Below are positions 1 to 13,100 of a stretch of DNA of 64,000 nucleotides, in pieces. The position numbers were made by a program, and so were the translations under genes. The DNA is taken from positions 197,558 to 261,557 of the forward strand of contig BLSG01000410.1 in NCBI GenBank assembly GCA_012862495.1, written 5' to 3'. Position 1 is the stretch's first letter, and each line of letters opens with the position of its first letter. Source of the DNA: Thraustochytrium aureum. Taxonomy: Eukaryota. Below the pieces are notes generated by a model. The model worked only from the letters and a program-made list of their open reading frames with translations. It did not search any database and was not told the DNA's origin.

Positions 1-316
1 GCCCTCTACGTAGCTGGCCTGCTGCCTGGCGTCGAGCGGCCCCCGCGGCCGACCGGCGGTCTCCGCGCCGCATGCGGGCTCGTCGGACTCAACGGATACT
101 TTTCCATGTCCCACGAGGGCGTCGCGAGTCGTGCTCGCAGCTGATGCCTTTGACGAGCGCCGAGTGNNNNNNNNNNNNNNNNNNNNNNNNNNNNNNNNNN
201 NNNNNNNNNNNNNNNNNNNNNNNNNNNNNNNNNNNNNNNNNNNNNNNNNNNNNNNNNNNNNNNNNNNNNNNNNNNNNNNNNNNNNNNNNNNNNNNNNNNN
301 NNNNNNNNNNNNNNNN

Positions 317-618
317 GCTAGATGGCTGGCGCCCGTCGTACAGCTGTTCCACTCGGGGGGGGCAGTCCAGCTCTGCTGCCGAGCGCGACTGGCGCGTCTC
401 TCTCGCCGACGGGCGCGTCTCTCTCGCCGACGGGCGCGTCTCCTTCGCCGACGGGCCCTTGCACTAGCGAGCGCTCCTTCTCCTGCCACGCCAAGATCAA
501 GTGTACCACTCACTCCTCAGTCGATACGATTCGCTGCGTCCATGCGGCCGCAGCACAGCACAAGGGGAGAGGCGTGTGGCCCCGCAAAGCCATGGTCGTC
601 GACGTCAGCCCCCGGTGA
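317..618 (+). CDS. Probable 3' end of a low-complexity protein (TGASLSP repeats), 5' part in the gap or outside the window
   Basis: Open frame after the gap ending at TGA 616-618; 21-bp in-frame tandem repeat; convergent with the DUSP gene. Confidence 0.35.
388..456. repeat. 21-bp tandem repeat, about 3.3 copies (acgggcgcgtctctctcgccg)
   Basis: Read directly: units at 388, 409, 430, partial at 451. Confidence 0.95.
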
Positions 619-842
619 CATTCTGGGAGTTCGTTTGGAGGGGAAATGCACTTGCGTTTCTGTTCTGTTCTGCACCGACGTTGGCTACCGCCTCGGTTGG
701 ATTTCTCCTCGCAGGAACGTCGCATGTTGGTGTTGGCAGCACATGGTCCCAAGAGGGCTTATTACTTACTTGCGTTGCAGCGTGTGTTTTGTTGTTTGGA
801 AGGAAAGCAGGCAGGCCTCAGCCGCCCAGCGGCCTCGACCCT

Positions 843-1490
843 TCATGGGTAGGCCGTGAGCGGGTTGGCGAGCAAGCCTGTGGGCGAGGCGGGCAGCACA
901 GCCGACTCGCCACGGCCGGCACTGTCGCACGAGTCGTCCTCGGCGAGGCGATCGTTCACCTTGCGCGGAAGCGGACCAGAGACAATAGCGCGGACCTGCT
1001 GCAAGCGGTCCATCTGCAGCTTGAACTGGTAGTTTTTCAGGTCCTCGACAAACCAGACGTTCGGGTCGGCCACCCTGCGGCGTTCGCGGATGAGCGAGAG
1101 CGCCTGCGGCAGGGATGCACCGCGCTCGAGCATGAGAAAGCCCGCCACGATGCTGACAGAGCGCGAAATCCCCTTGCGGCAGTGCACGACGACGCGGCCT
1201 CCGTTGTCGAGGCAGTTCTGGATAAAGTAGGCTGCCGCCGGCACGAAAGCGGAGAGCGGGGTTAGCGGGATGTGCAGCTGGGCCTCCGAGAGCGGCTCGT
1301 CCTTGAGCGGCAGATTCAGGTATGTAAAGTCTGCTGGGAAGTGCGACTCGCACGACTGGGCCGCGCAGTTGATCACGTGCGTGATGCCATGCTCTCTGAG
1401 AAACGCGCGGTCGCGGCAGGCGCGGTAGCGGGCGACGTAGACGCCGTCAAAGATGACGCTCATCTCGCCCTCATAGCCGAGGCGCACCAT
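843..1490 (-). CDS. Dual-specificity protein phosphatase (atypical DUSP)
   Basis: GITHVINCA and VVVHCRKGISRS (HCx5R catalytic loop), followed by the RRVADPNVWF motif; ATG at 1490 (MVRLGYEG). Confidence 0.93.
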   Translation of the reverse strand: MVRLGYEGEMSVIFDGVYVARYRACRDRAFLREHGITHVINCAAQSCESHFPADFTYLNLPLKDEPLSEAQLHIPLTPLSAFVPAAAYFIQNCLDNGGRVVVHCRKGISRSVSIVAGFLMLERGASLPQALSLIRERRRVADPNVWFVEDLKNYQFKLQMDRLQQVRAIVSGPLPRKVNDRLAEDDSCDSAGRGESAVLPASPTGLLANPLTAYP

Positions 1491-3838
1491 CGCAGGCGGC
1501 TGGTGCGAATCGCTCGCTCTACTCGCGCGTTTCTGGGCGCCGCTGGTCACTTGGGAGCAGGCCGTTGCACTCCGACCCTCGCGCACGTGGAGCGAGTGTC
1601 CGAGGCTCCGAGCAAGTACTCGGCGGAGGAGATCTGGGCTGCAGTCTGTCTGACCCCGAGGACTCTACTGTATGCCACCGGCGTGGCGCGCTAGTGCTGC
1701 GCAGACGCAAGGAGGCAGGCAGGGCAGGCACGCGGGACGCTGAAGCGGGCACCGCTTTCCCGGCCGCCGGGTGCCTTCCAAACGGGTTTGTTGTGTTCAC
1801 GTCCGTGCCAGTTGCGGGTCTGGCGCAGTGTGGTGAGGCTGGCCATCGGTTGGCACATCTCATCTGAACTGAATGAATTCTGAACTGCTGTGAGGGGCTG
1901 CGCGCGAACGCCGGTGCGCTTTCCCGGTGTGCCGCGGCTTCTCCGAGAGACCGAGGGCCGAATTGCGTTGAAATAAAAGCCTTGAACAGAAGAGGGGAGC
2001 GCTCGTATTGCTGAATGTTTTTGCTGTGAAGAGACGGTTTCGCAAGGGCCGGGGGCCCGCAGGAACTCCCTCGTGGTCACCGCTTCATATGCACCGTACG
2101 ATAGCTTGCGTTATGCCTGGCTTTGCCGCGTAGGCTCTGCTGGAGGTGCTTTGTGCCCCCCGGCTGGTGGGGGTGCGCCTGCGTTCCGCTCTTTTAGGTA
2201 CGTGTAGTGGGTGCTAGTTTGTCGCAACGGGCTAATCACTGCTTTCGTTGCAACTATCGTAAATTCAGGTTTTTTCGCCGAGTTCACGATGCGTAGTGCC
2301 CCGTGGCCTTTGCGACTTGCGGTGTCGGAACCCCGTGACTTCCGGTGAATCGGTTTCTTGAGCTTTCTTCCCACGGGCCACCCTTGCGTCATGGAGAGGT
2401 GGCGTACCTCCCTGCCCCAGAGTAGTACGGTAGGGTAGAGTAGAGTAGTAGAGTATTTCCACCACTTTTCGATTCCCTCTCTGGGCCATCGTTTTGTCAT
2501 CCTTGACTCGTTGAGTGGGCTGCCAGTGGGCTGTGCGCCTCACTCCTTTTTGCAGGCTTTTCAGATGATCACTGGCAGATTCTTCCCCGAGCAGGCGCAT
2601 GCCACCAGCACACGCAGCCTCACACAACAGCGTCAATCATCATGAAGCAGCCCTCGCGCAGCCCACGCGCAGCCCAATCACGCACAGCGATCGATCATGA
2701 TAGGAGGACTTTGAAACCGCTCACAGGGACGAGGTAATCGAGTTGGGGATGGATTCCAAGCGAGTAGGTGGCCTCCGTGGTAGGCAGAGTAGAGTTGAGC
2801 ACTCTCTTGGTAGGACTTCTAAAGGTATCTCTGCGTCGGCAATCCGCTTACTCGCTGTCGATACCTACTACGCAAGCGGGCAAGCATAGAGCCGCCGCGC
2901 CAGCAGTCAGCTCACGCACCCGCGCAGAGCCCAGCAGCAGCCAGCANNNNNNNNNNNNNNNNNNNNNNNNNNNNNNNNNNNNNNNNNNNNNNNNNNNNNN
3001 NNNNNNNNNNNNNNNNNNNNNNNNNNNNNNNNNNNNNNNNNNNNNNNNNNNNNNNNNNNNNNNNNNNNNNNNNNNNNNNNNNNNNNNNNNNNNNNNNNNN
3101 NNNNNNNNNNNNNNNNNNNNNNNNNNNNNNNNNNNNNNNNNNNNNNNNNNNNNNNNNNNNNNNNNNNNNNNNNNNNNNNNNNNNNNNNNNNNNNNNNNNN
3201 NNNNNNNNNNNNNNNNNNNNNNNNNNNNNNNNNNNNNNNNNNNNNNNNNNNNNNNNNNNNNNNNNNNNNNNNNNNNNNNNNNNNNNNNNNNNNNNNNNNN
3301 NNNNNNNNNNNNNNNNNNNNNNNNNNNNNNNNNNNNNNNNNNNNNNNNNNNNNNNNNNNNNNNNNNNNNNNNNNNNNNNNNNNNNNNNNNNNNNNNNNNN
3401 NNNNNNNNNNNNNNNNNNNNNNNNNNNNNNNNNNNNNNNNNNNNNNNNNNNNNNNNNNNNNNNNNNNNNNNNNNNNNNNNNNNNNNNNNNNNNNNNNNNN
3501 NNNNNNNNNNNNNNNNNNNNNNNNNNNNNNNNNNNNNNNNNNNNNNNNNNNNNNNNNNNNNNNNNNNNNNNNNNNNNNNNNNNNNNNNNNNNNNNNNNNN
3601 NNNNNNNNNNNNNNNNNNNNNNNNNNNNNNNNNNNNNNNNNNNNNNNNNNNNNNNNNNNNNNNNNNNNNNNNNNNNNNNNNNNNNNNNNNNNNNNNNNNN
3701 NNNNNNNNNNNNNNNNNNNNNNNNNNNNNNNNNNNNNNNNNNNNNNNNNNNNNNNNNNNNNNNNNNNNNNNNNNNNNNNNNNNNNNNNNNNNNNNNNNNN
3801 NNNNNNNNNNNNNNNNNNNNNNNNNNNNNNNNNNNNNN

Positions 3839-4133
3839 GAGGTCGCCCTCGTCGTTGAGCACGCTCGACTCCTCCGCGGTCTCTCGGAAGGCCTCCTCCC
3901 ACGGCGGAAAGTTGACGCGTCCTCGCGCCCTGGCCTCTCGGAACGGGTTGGCCACGACGCGGAAGGCGACCTCCGCGTTGCGCCCGCCGCGCGCCGGGCC
4001 GAGGCCCGTTGGGCCAGGCGGCCGCCTCGTCCTCGGGCCGTTGCCCGGACCGCGCGGAGTGGCAGCTCAGGGCATCGAGCCTGTCCAGCTCCTCTTGCAG
4101 CTCGGCCAGGTCGCTCGCGTCCTCCTCGAGCAT
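3839..4133 (-). CDS. Hypothetical protein, 5' fragment running into a gap, with an apparent frameshift
   Basis: Protein-like segments MLEEDASDLAELQEELDRLDAL and ANPFREARARGRVNFPPWEEAFRE in two frames; divergent from the carnitine acyltransferase. Confidence 0.4.
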
Positions 4134-4473
4134 GGCCAGTGTCGAGCGCCGCCGCCGCCAGCGCAGCGAGCCCTGGGCGCGAGCGCACTGGACCTGACGC
4201 AAGACCGGCAGCGGCAGGGGCACCGCAGGCCTCCCGCAGCGATAGTCGCGACAAGGGCGCCCCGAGCGGACGCAGGCGGAGCTGTCGCCAATCGACCGGT
4301 CAATCCTTGAAAGGCCCCCTTGCGGAATGTGCCAGGATGCTGTCGTCAGATCGTGCGTTGCGGACCTTGGGTTTCAGTGCTGGCCACACACCCACGTGGC
4401 TGGCGAGGCGGCCAGACTCGCGACAGCTAGCGCGACGCTCGCAGAGGCCGCCATAGCCCAAGCCCAAGATCCC

Positions 4474-4508
<35 letters not shown>

Positions 4509-4531
4509 GGCCGGCCAGCCAGTCAGCCAGC
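4474..4531. repeat. (GCCA)n microsatellite upstream of the carnitine acyltransferase ATG
   Basis: Read directly. Confidence 0.95.
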
Positions 4532-4576
4532 CCCACGAGCGAGCGCGCAGCCCGAACGACGGCGCAGGACCGGACC

Positions 4577-6716
4577 ATGGCGCAGGCCTCTGGGACCTTC
4601 GCCAACCAGGACAGACTCCCGCACCTGCCGCTCCCAACGCTCGAGGCGACGTGCGCAAAGTACCTTGCCACCGTGGAACCCCTGCTCACCCCGGCCGAGT
4701 TCGAGGAGACGAAGCGCGTCGTGGGCGAGTTCGAAAATGGAGCTGGCAAGGAAGCCCACGCGGAGCTGCACGCGTACCGCGAGACCGTGGACAACTACGT
4801 CGAAGAGTTCTGGAATGACACGTACCTAGAGTACAGCGAGCCGCTGCCAATCAACGTCAACCCGATCTTCGTCCTGGAAGACGACCCCACCCCGTCGCGC
4901 AACAGCCAAGTGGCCCGCGCAGCGAGCCTGATCCTCAGCTCGATCAAGTTTGTCCGCGCCGTGCGCCAAGGCACCCTCACCCCGACCTCGTTAAGACGAC
5001 ACCGCTGTGCATGAGCCAGTTTGCAAACCTCTTCGCAAGCGCCAGGCTGCCGGTTTCCGCGGCAAGGACGGCTCCGGCGAGCACATCAAGGACCGCATCG
5101 TCACCTTCGATGACTCGCGCCACATCCTCGTCATGAGCCGCGGGCAGTTCTACTACTTTGACGTCGTTTGGCCAGACGGCACGCCCGCGATCACGCAGCG
5201 CGAGATCTGCCGAAACCTGGAGCGCATCCTCGCCGACTCGCGCAAGAAACCAGCCTCCCAAGTCGCCGCTGAGGCGCTCAGCGTCCTCACCTCCGAGGAC
5301 CGCGCCACCTGGGCCAGCGCGCGCCGCCGCATCATAAACCTCAGCGTCAACAACCAGCGCGTGATGCGCGCCATTGACTCTGCGCTTTTCGTGGTCTGCC
5401 TCGACGATACACCGACCCAGGGCGTTGACGAGATCGCGGCCAACCTGCTGCACGGCACCTACGACGTGAGCGGCCCCGACGGGGTGCAGACGGGCACCTG
5501 TCTCAACCGCTGGTTCGACAAGCTCCAGGTCATTGTGACGGGGACCGGGAACGCAGGCGTCAACTTTGAGCACAGCGCCGTGGACGGCCACACCGTGCTG
5601 CGGTTCGCGAGCGATGTGTTCACAGACACGATCATCCGCTTCGCGCAGACCATATCGGGACCGCGAGTGCACTCCTTTATTGGCGAATCGTCGGCGCGCG
5701 ACTTGCTAAAAAAGCAGGGCCATAGCTCCGGCCAGATTACCCACGCGACCGTGGCGCAGACGGTTGCCAACACGCGTCGGCCGGAGACGCGCCCGCGCAA
5801 GCTCGAGTTCGACTTGGAAGAGATCACGCTGGGCGAGATCCAGTTCGCGGAGCGACGACTCTCGGACCTCATCCTCCAGAACGAGGTGGCTTGCCTCGAG
5901 TTCACGGGCTACGGAAAGCAGTACATTGTCCAGAACTCGATGAGCCCCGACGCCTTCGTGCAGCTAGCAATGCTCTCCGCGTACCACCAAATGTACGGCC
6001 GCGTCGTCAACACGTACGAGTCGGTGCAGACCAAGTCGTTCCTGCACGGACGAACTGAGGCGGCGCGCTCGGCTTCTGCGGAAGCGGTAGAGTTCCTCAA
6101 GCTTTGGGCCAGAAAGGGAATTGATAGCGCGCGCAAGGTGGAAGCGCTCCGAGCAGCTCTCAAAAAGCACTCGACCATGACGGGCGAGGCCGCCAAGGGG
6201 ATGGGGGTGGACCGCCACCTGTTCGCCATGCGCGCGCTTTACCAGCGCAATCACCCGGACAGACCGCTGCCTGCCATATTCACTGACCGCGCCTACCAGG
6301 TGCTGGGCACGACCATACTGTCAACGAGCAACTGCGGCAACCCATCGCTGCGTTTCTTTGGTTTTGGGCCCGTCTCCCCACAGGGTTTTGGGGTCGGGTA
6401 CATTATCAAAGACGACGCGATCCACTTTTGCGTCACGTCCAAGCACCGACAGACCAAGCGCTTCGTGGGTTACTTGCAAACGTACCTCGGGGCGATCCAG
6501 GACGTTCTCCTCGAGCTCGAGCCTTCGGCGCCGACCCCTCGCGACCTGCAGGTCGCCTGCATGACCGATGGTGATGAGGACACTGCCGGATATGGCTTTT
6601 TCGGGGACGACTTGGAGAGTGACGCTGGTTCCTCCGCGCTCCGCGGGGCTGCTTGCCCCGCACCTCTTGGCCGCGAGCTCGCAAACTCTGAAGCCGCCGG
6701 CTTGGACGTTGCTTGA
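4577..6716 (+). CDS. Carnitine/choline O-acyltransferase family protein (resembles fungal Yat1-type carnitine acetyltransferase); two apparent frameshifts at about 4980 and 5050
   Basis: LPHLPLPTLEATC, an intermediate frame reading PLCMSQFANLFASARLP, NRWFDK, FEHSAVDGHTVL (catalytic His), TYES..FLHGRTE, GVDRHLF, LSTSNCGNP. Confidence 0.95.
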
Positions 6717-6717
6717 A

Positions 6718-6796
6718 GCCGCGCGAAGCAGCCACTGGAGTCCTGTCCGCCACGCCGCGCGAAGCAGCCGCTGGAGTCCTGTCCGCCACGCCGCGC
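6718..6796. repeat. 36-bp tandem duplication just after the stop codon (2 copies plus partial, 1 mismatch)
   Basis: gccgcgcgaagcagcc(a/g)ctggagtcctgtccgccac at 6718 and 6754. Confidence 0.95.
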
Positions 6797-7153
6797 TCGC
6801 CCGTTCTTGAAACCAGGCCGCCGCGTGGTGGTCCTTTCTTTCGTCCCGCACCGGCCTACTCGAGAGGTGGCGCAATCGCAGGCGCGAACTGGCGCGTCGG
6901 GTCCCCTGGACTACTCACGAGAGCTAGTGGAGAGCGCGAGCATTTTCGTGGATAAATGGTTGCATTCTTTCGATGGGCAAAAGACAACTACCGACCGTGA
7001 CAGTGCATGGCAACGAAGTACAGGTTCCGGCGAAGAAGAAGACTGGCCTGGGCAGGACGGCGCACCCAATTATAATTCACGCATTCTCTTTATTCCTGCT
7101 GTTGTTCATCGGGGGCGGCGGGTCCGTGACCAGTCAGTCTCCTTGTTGCAACG

Positions 7154-10100
7154 CTAGACGAGAACGACGCGGCCGCCGCCGCTGTCGTCCGAGTCGCGCT
7201 TCGGCGGGCGTCGCGGGTTCGCCATGCCCTGCGAACCAACTAAAGCGCCGTTGCCTTCGTCCGCACCATCGTCTCCACCTCCTCCCCTGCTCTCCGCGCT
7301 CTGGCGCTCGCGGTCCTGGTCGTTCTCGCCGCTTGACAACACAGCACACGATGCTTGATCGAGCGCGGCCGATTTGTCCTCAGTTGACCCAGCAGCCTGC
7401 TTCCGGCTCGCTGTGTCTGTTTCTGCAGCAACCAAGTCCGCGCCAGCCCGTTGTCCTCTGAGCCATCGGCGAAACGCTCGCTGAATAACGACAGCGGCCT
7501 CCTCTTCCGATAGGGCGGGCCCCTCGACGAGAGTCCTGAGCGAGATGGATTGGCGGAGCGGGACTCGAGCAGCGTGGCGCCGAGTGATCTGGTAGAGTTG
7601 CATGTCGCCCCGCGACGCGGAAAGGATTGCCTTCACGACAGCTTTAAAGATCAGCCTGTCGCCTTCTGACGCCTTCTTCACGAGCCAATACGTCAGCGCA
7701 GGGCGGCTAGGGGGTAGAACCACGGTGGGCAACGTGCCTTGAAACCCCTGGAACTCTGCTGCATCTTGGAGCTGGCCAAGGATCCGCGCAAGGGCGTTCA
7801 CATCTTCCTGCTCCGCGACGCAGAGCCAATCCAAGAGACACGGGAACGCTTCGGCGAGGCGACGGTAGAACGCCGCGACCGGCGTGTTCCGGAAACGCGA
7901 GAGCGGGCTGTCGTCGCGCAAGATGTCGCTAACGATGCTGTCCAACTCGAAGAAGAGGCACGTCTCGAGCGGCGTCGACAGCCCAGACGTCACCCAGTGG
8001 ATCAAGTACTTGGACTTTAGCGCCTTCTTCAGCGAGCTGCCTTTGATGTCTGGCGCATTGTCCAACACCATTCGAGCAAACTCCTCCTCGTCGATCTGGC
8101 CTGATCGGTCTGTATCGTATTCGCGGAACATCTGCCTCATTTGTAACGCGTGCGCGCCAGAGTCGAGCCCGAACCGGCCGCTAACGAAGGCGAGCACCTC
8201 GGCCTCCGATATCGCCCCCGAGCGATCCAAATCAATCTGCTTGAACAGCGTGGACGTGCTCTCGCGCTGGCGTCGCAAACTGAGCCGGCGCTTGAGCGTC
8301 GACCCAAAACTCCTTAGCGCGCTCCGATTGTCAACTTTCGAGCTCGGCCCGCCGTGCGCCCCTTGTGCGAGAGGACCACTCGCGCTGCCCACTTCAATGT
8401 CGCCCGACTCCAAGTCCGAAAGCGCAGTCCGACTTGAAAGCGAACGCCGTGAGGAAAGGGAGGTCCCCGACGCCCTTTGAAAGACCCCCAGGAGCGACCC
8501 GAGACGTTTGGACGCGCCCCGGCCGTTCCCTGTGCCGGACTCGCCCTGGAGCGCGGATGGGGATGCAATCGCGCCAGACTTGTCCATCCTCGAGTCGAGC
8601 GAAACCAAGAGCGACACCACATCCTTGATTGAGCGCATTTGTGGCTGGCGGCGCAACGTGCGCACGAGCGCTACGTCATGCTCCGCGGCGCGCTTGAGCA
8701 GCACGCCCTCTGCGCGCAAAACCCGTACGTAGTCGCGAGAGTCGAGGTAGAATATCACAAATGCGAGAATCAGCGTACCAAGAGTGATGCAAAGCAAGAG
8801 ATACGACAGGAAACTCGAGGCCCCCTTGGCAATCGTCCCAGGCCGCGCATCCTCCGCGTACGCTGTGAATACCACTCCAAAGAAAATGTACAAAAACGTG
8901 GTGAACATGCACACCTCGTCAAGGACGTTGAGTCGGTCCGACAAAAACGGCTGGCGGAGCACATGCAGGGTGAGGCTAAACACGATCACCACGCAACTTG
9001 CCGTGGCTTGAATGTAGGGGTGGCCGCCCGCAAGGACAAGAATTGCGCCGAAACTGAAGCGCCGGAAGAGCAGGAAAGTCTCCCAGCGAAACACGTTCTG
9101 CTTGAAGTCAGCGTAGAGCCACCCGTACCGCTGCAACGACTTTGGCTCTGCCTTTGCATCCCGGCGGTCCAGCGAGTTGAGCACATACATCAGGAAGGCC
9201 GGAATACCCACCACATACAGAGGGACAGCCAGGAAGGACCAGACCAAAAGCGAGACGAAATGCTCGTTCGTCCAGCACTCGAGATTGGGCGAGGCCCGCA
9301 TAACACTGCGACCGTCGGCCAGCTCCATGCACATGAATGGTTCCAGCGAGACGATCACGAGCGAGGGGTAGACAATCATCAGAAAGTTGAAGAACAACCC
9401 GAGCTGCTTCGACTTGAACGCCTCAAACTCCTCCTCGTTGGAGGGGAGCTTGAAGAGCTGCGCCGCACTCTGGATACATCGTCCCACGAGGACGACTTCG
9501 CTGGAATGCTCGCTCGCCTCAATGGCCTCGGCGCGGGTCGATTTTTCTTCACGACTTCAGCGCGCGGGCGCTCAGGGCTTTGTGAGGGGGACGCGACGTT
9601 GCTCTGCGATCGCTCTGTTTGGCTGTCACCGCTTCCTGGGGGCGCCTCTGTTTCAGCGCCCGTGGCGGGGCCCGCTCCACTTGCGAAACGCGCAAACTGC
9701 ATCGACTTGGCGATCTTGTGGCTGCAGTACCAGCGCCCGATCAGAACAAAGCTCGCTTCAATGACGCCGTACATGAGCGGCAAGCAAAGCTGAAACGCAA
9801 AGTGGTGCGTGTAGCTCCAATTCAGCCAGCACTTTGGCGAAAAGTAGTCTACCTCAAAACCTGTAATCTCGAACGGCTTGTTCAAGATGTTCACGGGCGA
9901 GGGCCAGACGAGGTCCATGTCTTGCACAAGCGCGACAATCTGCGTAAAGAGGAGGGCAATGTCTAGCGCACGAACCTCCGTACTCGCCTTGTTCAGGATC
10001 ACCCAGGCGCACAAGACCCCGAACCAGCTGAAAACAACGAAAGCGACGTCTGCGCCAGTTCCGCCCCCGCCAGGACACTCGAGACAATCACCAAAACTGT

Positions 10101-13100
10101 ACCAACCGTCCGCGCACGCAAAGCACATCACATCCTGCGTCCCCTCCGCGCAAGCGTAGTCCGGGCCGCCCAGACAAACATCTTCGTCGCACGGGAAAAA
10201 CTTGTGCGGGTGAAGAGCGTCACCCCAAAACCCGGCGCGTGGGAACGGAGCTACGTTCTCATAAGGAGGCGACGAGCCCTCCACGTTGTTTGTGTTTCCG
10301 CGGCAAATGCCGTCCTCGGGGCAAGCTATGCACGCAAGCCCGGTTGAGTTGAGGGCTTCGGGCGCCGCGTTCCAAAAGCCTTGCCTGCAAACGCACTCTC
10401 CAACGAGGGCCCGGCGAGTTGATCCGAACCGTGTTGGCCGGACACCGCTTGCAAAGGATGGAACCAGACTCGTCTGCATACACGTCCGCCCCGATCTTGT
10501 TGCACTCTATGCACTGCGTCAGCCCTTCCTGGGGAGCGAATGTGCCCGGGGGGCATTCCTGCGAGACCACACCGTTGCAGAACGAACCTGGAGCACACCG
10601 TTCACAACGCAAATTGTTGACCGCCGTTTCATCGAAAACGAGGAAAGACCCGTCGTCCTCGCACGAGTCCCTGCACTTGTACATTCCAGGGTCGTGGGCG
10701 TACGTCCCGTTCGGGCAAGGCTCCATCACGCGACTGTTGCACTGATGGCCAATCTCGCAAAGTCGGCAAACGCCGAGAAACTCTGGGACCACGCTGGGGT
10801 CAGACTCGTTCCCAAAAGCTGGGTTGCGCTCACGCCCACGTAGAACCCGTTCTCGCATCGTGTCTCGCTCAGACAGTCTGGTGGCTCGAAGAAACCGTTG
10901 CACAGGCATTCCCCACTCGCAGTAGGAACCCCGTGGCCGTTGCACGTCCCATCAGGCTCCATCTCCTCCGCGAAGGAGAGAGAGAGTAAAACCTCAGGAG
11001 CCTCAGCTTGGCTGCTTGCGCTTTGGAGGCGGCGCCTGGCGTCCGCAGCCGAGCTTCGCGTTGGAGCAGGCGAAATAAGTCGAATCACCCCAGCTGTCAC
11101 ATTCTCAACGACCTCGAGCACAAGACCTGGCAGAGCCGATTCGATGCGGTCCTTGGCCTCGACAACCTCTGCTCGAACGGCCTGCGCCGAGGCGGCGGGC
11201 CCGGCCCGTTTCGTGCAAAACTTCCCGCCGAACTGCGTTTCGTTAAAGCAGACGCATCTGACTGCGCCGCTTTCGTCGACCAAGGGTGCCCCGCGCCCAG
11301 CACACGTCGTCCACATTGTGAACTCGCAGGCGGGCCCGGTGACGAGTCGTCGGACTGGATCGTCCTCGGGAGTGCCTGCTGCAAAGCACGCGCATGACCG
11401 TTTCGCGCCATCTTCGACGCAAACGCCGGGCGAGGCTGCGCGGTTCGCCGAGCATCTCCCGTCGCGCGGGGAAAGCGGGCAGTCAAAGGCCAGGAGGCCG
11501 CGGAAGAAAGCGACAATGCTGCCGTGGCCGAGCACTTTAGCGAATTCGGCCTTGAACCGGACCCCTTTATTCCCAGTGGCGACGAGTTCCGCGGCAACCG
11601 GTCCGCCAGGAATGTCGAGGCCTGCAGCAAACCCGCCCGCGGCCTCAACGAGCGGGCGGTGGAAACCGGGCCCGTGAGATCCTTCCAGGCTTATTGAAAT
11701 CGTTGCTTCGCTCGAGAGGACGATCTGCTCACGAGTGAGCCTGCTAAGCAGCTCGTCAAGGAGAAAGCCAAAGTCGAGATCGATTGCCGCCACGGGCGCT
11801 GTTGAGCGCTCAACCCAAATCACTGGAACTTGCTCCAGATAGTCTGACACTGCGACGGGGAACCCAGCGGGGGCTGGGATGCGAATGCTAACCCGCGTTT
11901 CTTGGCTCTTCAGGGTCGTCTCGCTCGCGCACTTGCTCAAGGTCACGTCAAGTTGATCAGCGCCGAAAATGCCTTGCCTGGGGACGAGCCGGACTTGAAG
12001 CGCGTCGTCCGCGACCACGCCGTCGGGCGCCTGCTCGAGGCCCAAAACGCGGATCGCGTCGATGATTGTTGCGCCGAGCACGAGGGCAGAGTCCAGCTCG
12101 ATCCGGATGTATGCGGTCTTTGCAGCGCTAGGGCAGATCGCGGGCTGGAACGCGCGGGCTGGATCGTTGTTGGCCTGTTGGGCGGTAGTCGCGGCCTGGT
12201 CGTCCGCTATCGGCGCTTTGTCGCTCCACCTGTCCCAAAGCGTCGTCCAATTGGTCCTCTGGGGACAATTGGTCAGGTCTTGGCGGCCTGCACTGTCCGA
12301 CAGTGGACAGGGCTTGCTGAGGTCTTCGAGATACGCTTCTGCAACGCTGATTCGAGTGATAGCGCCTTGGCCGAGCACTTCAAAAACCTGCACCGAAGTA
12401 ATGTATAGCGGTCTCGAAAGGGCGATCTCAATGAACTCTGGCCCAGCGTTTTCCCACAGCGGGCGCCAACCGAATGGCGAATCGCCCTTGCGCGGGAAAA
12501 CGTCCGGGGGCCCAAGAATCTGGCGCGCCTTGCCCGCTGCCGAGCGACAGGTGGCGCTTGCCAGGTGACATCCAGAGTGGCGCCACATCGCGCACGCCAA
12601 GCAAGTCGCGTATTGCGAGGAGAACCGAAGCACCTGGTCTGCGTACAACTCAATGACGCTCTGCTCGTTCGAAAGCCCAATTGCAGCCCCTGAGACCTGC
12701 TCCACGCGTAGGAAGAGCGGGAGCCGCACGAGACGGGCAACAAGTCTAGCAGCGGAGCCGTCCGGGTCGAGTGCGGGGATCTTGAAGAGCGTGGTCGAGT
12801 TTGGGCTCACAAACACGCTGACCGCGCCGCTCTCGTCCACGCCTGGCACGCGCGGCGCGTCGACGGCAGGTGCAACAACGATCGTGTGGCTTGCACTGCG
12901 CTTGAAGGCCCCTGTGGCGCCTGCCGCAGGAGACTCGGAGTACCTGACATTCAGGCGAAGCGGCTGCCCGCTCGTCGAGGCAGAATCTGGAGCAGGGACG
13001 TACAACGCCAAAGTCGAGACCCAACGCGCCGCAACGAACGACCGGAGTGTGCCGCGTAAAACCGCCGCGCACCTCGCCAGTGACGTGGGCTCTATTTCCG

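Noticed and set aside
1860..2850. Lower-GC stretch as a possible transposon remnant
   Set aside because: No transposase or RT motifs, terminal repeats or target-site duplications seen
2768..4456. Long ORFs spanning N runs (here and at other gaps)
   Set aside because: Length is an artefact of translating N
6718..6796. Possible CRISPR repeat or terminator (36-bp repeats)
   Set aside because: Simple tandem duplication with no spacer and no hairpin plus U tract
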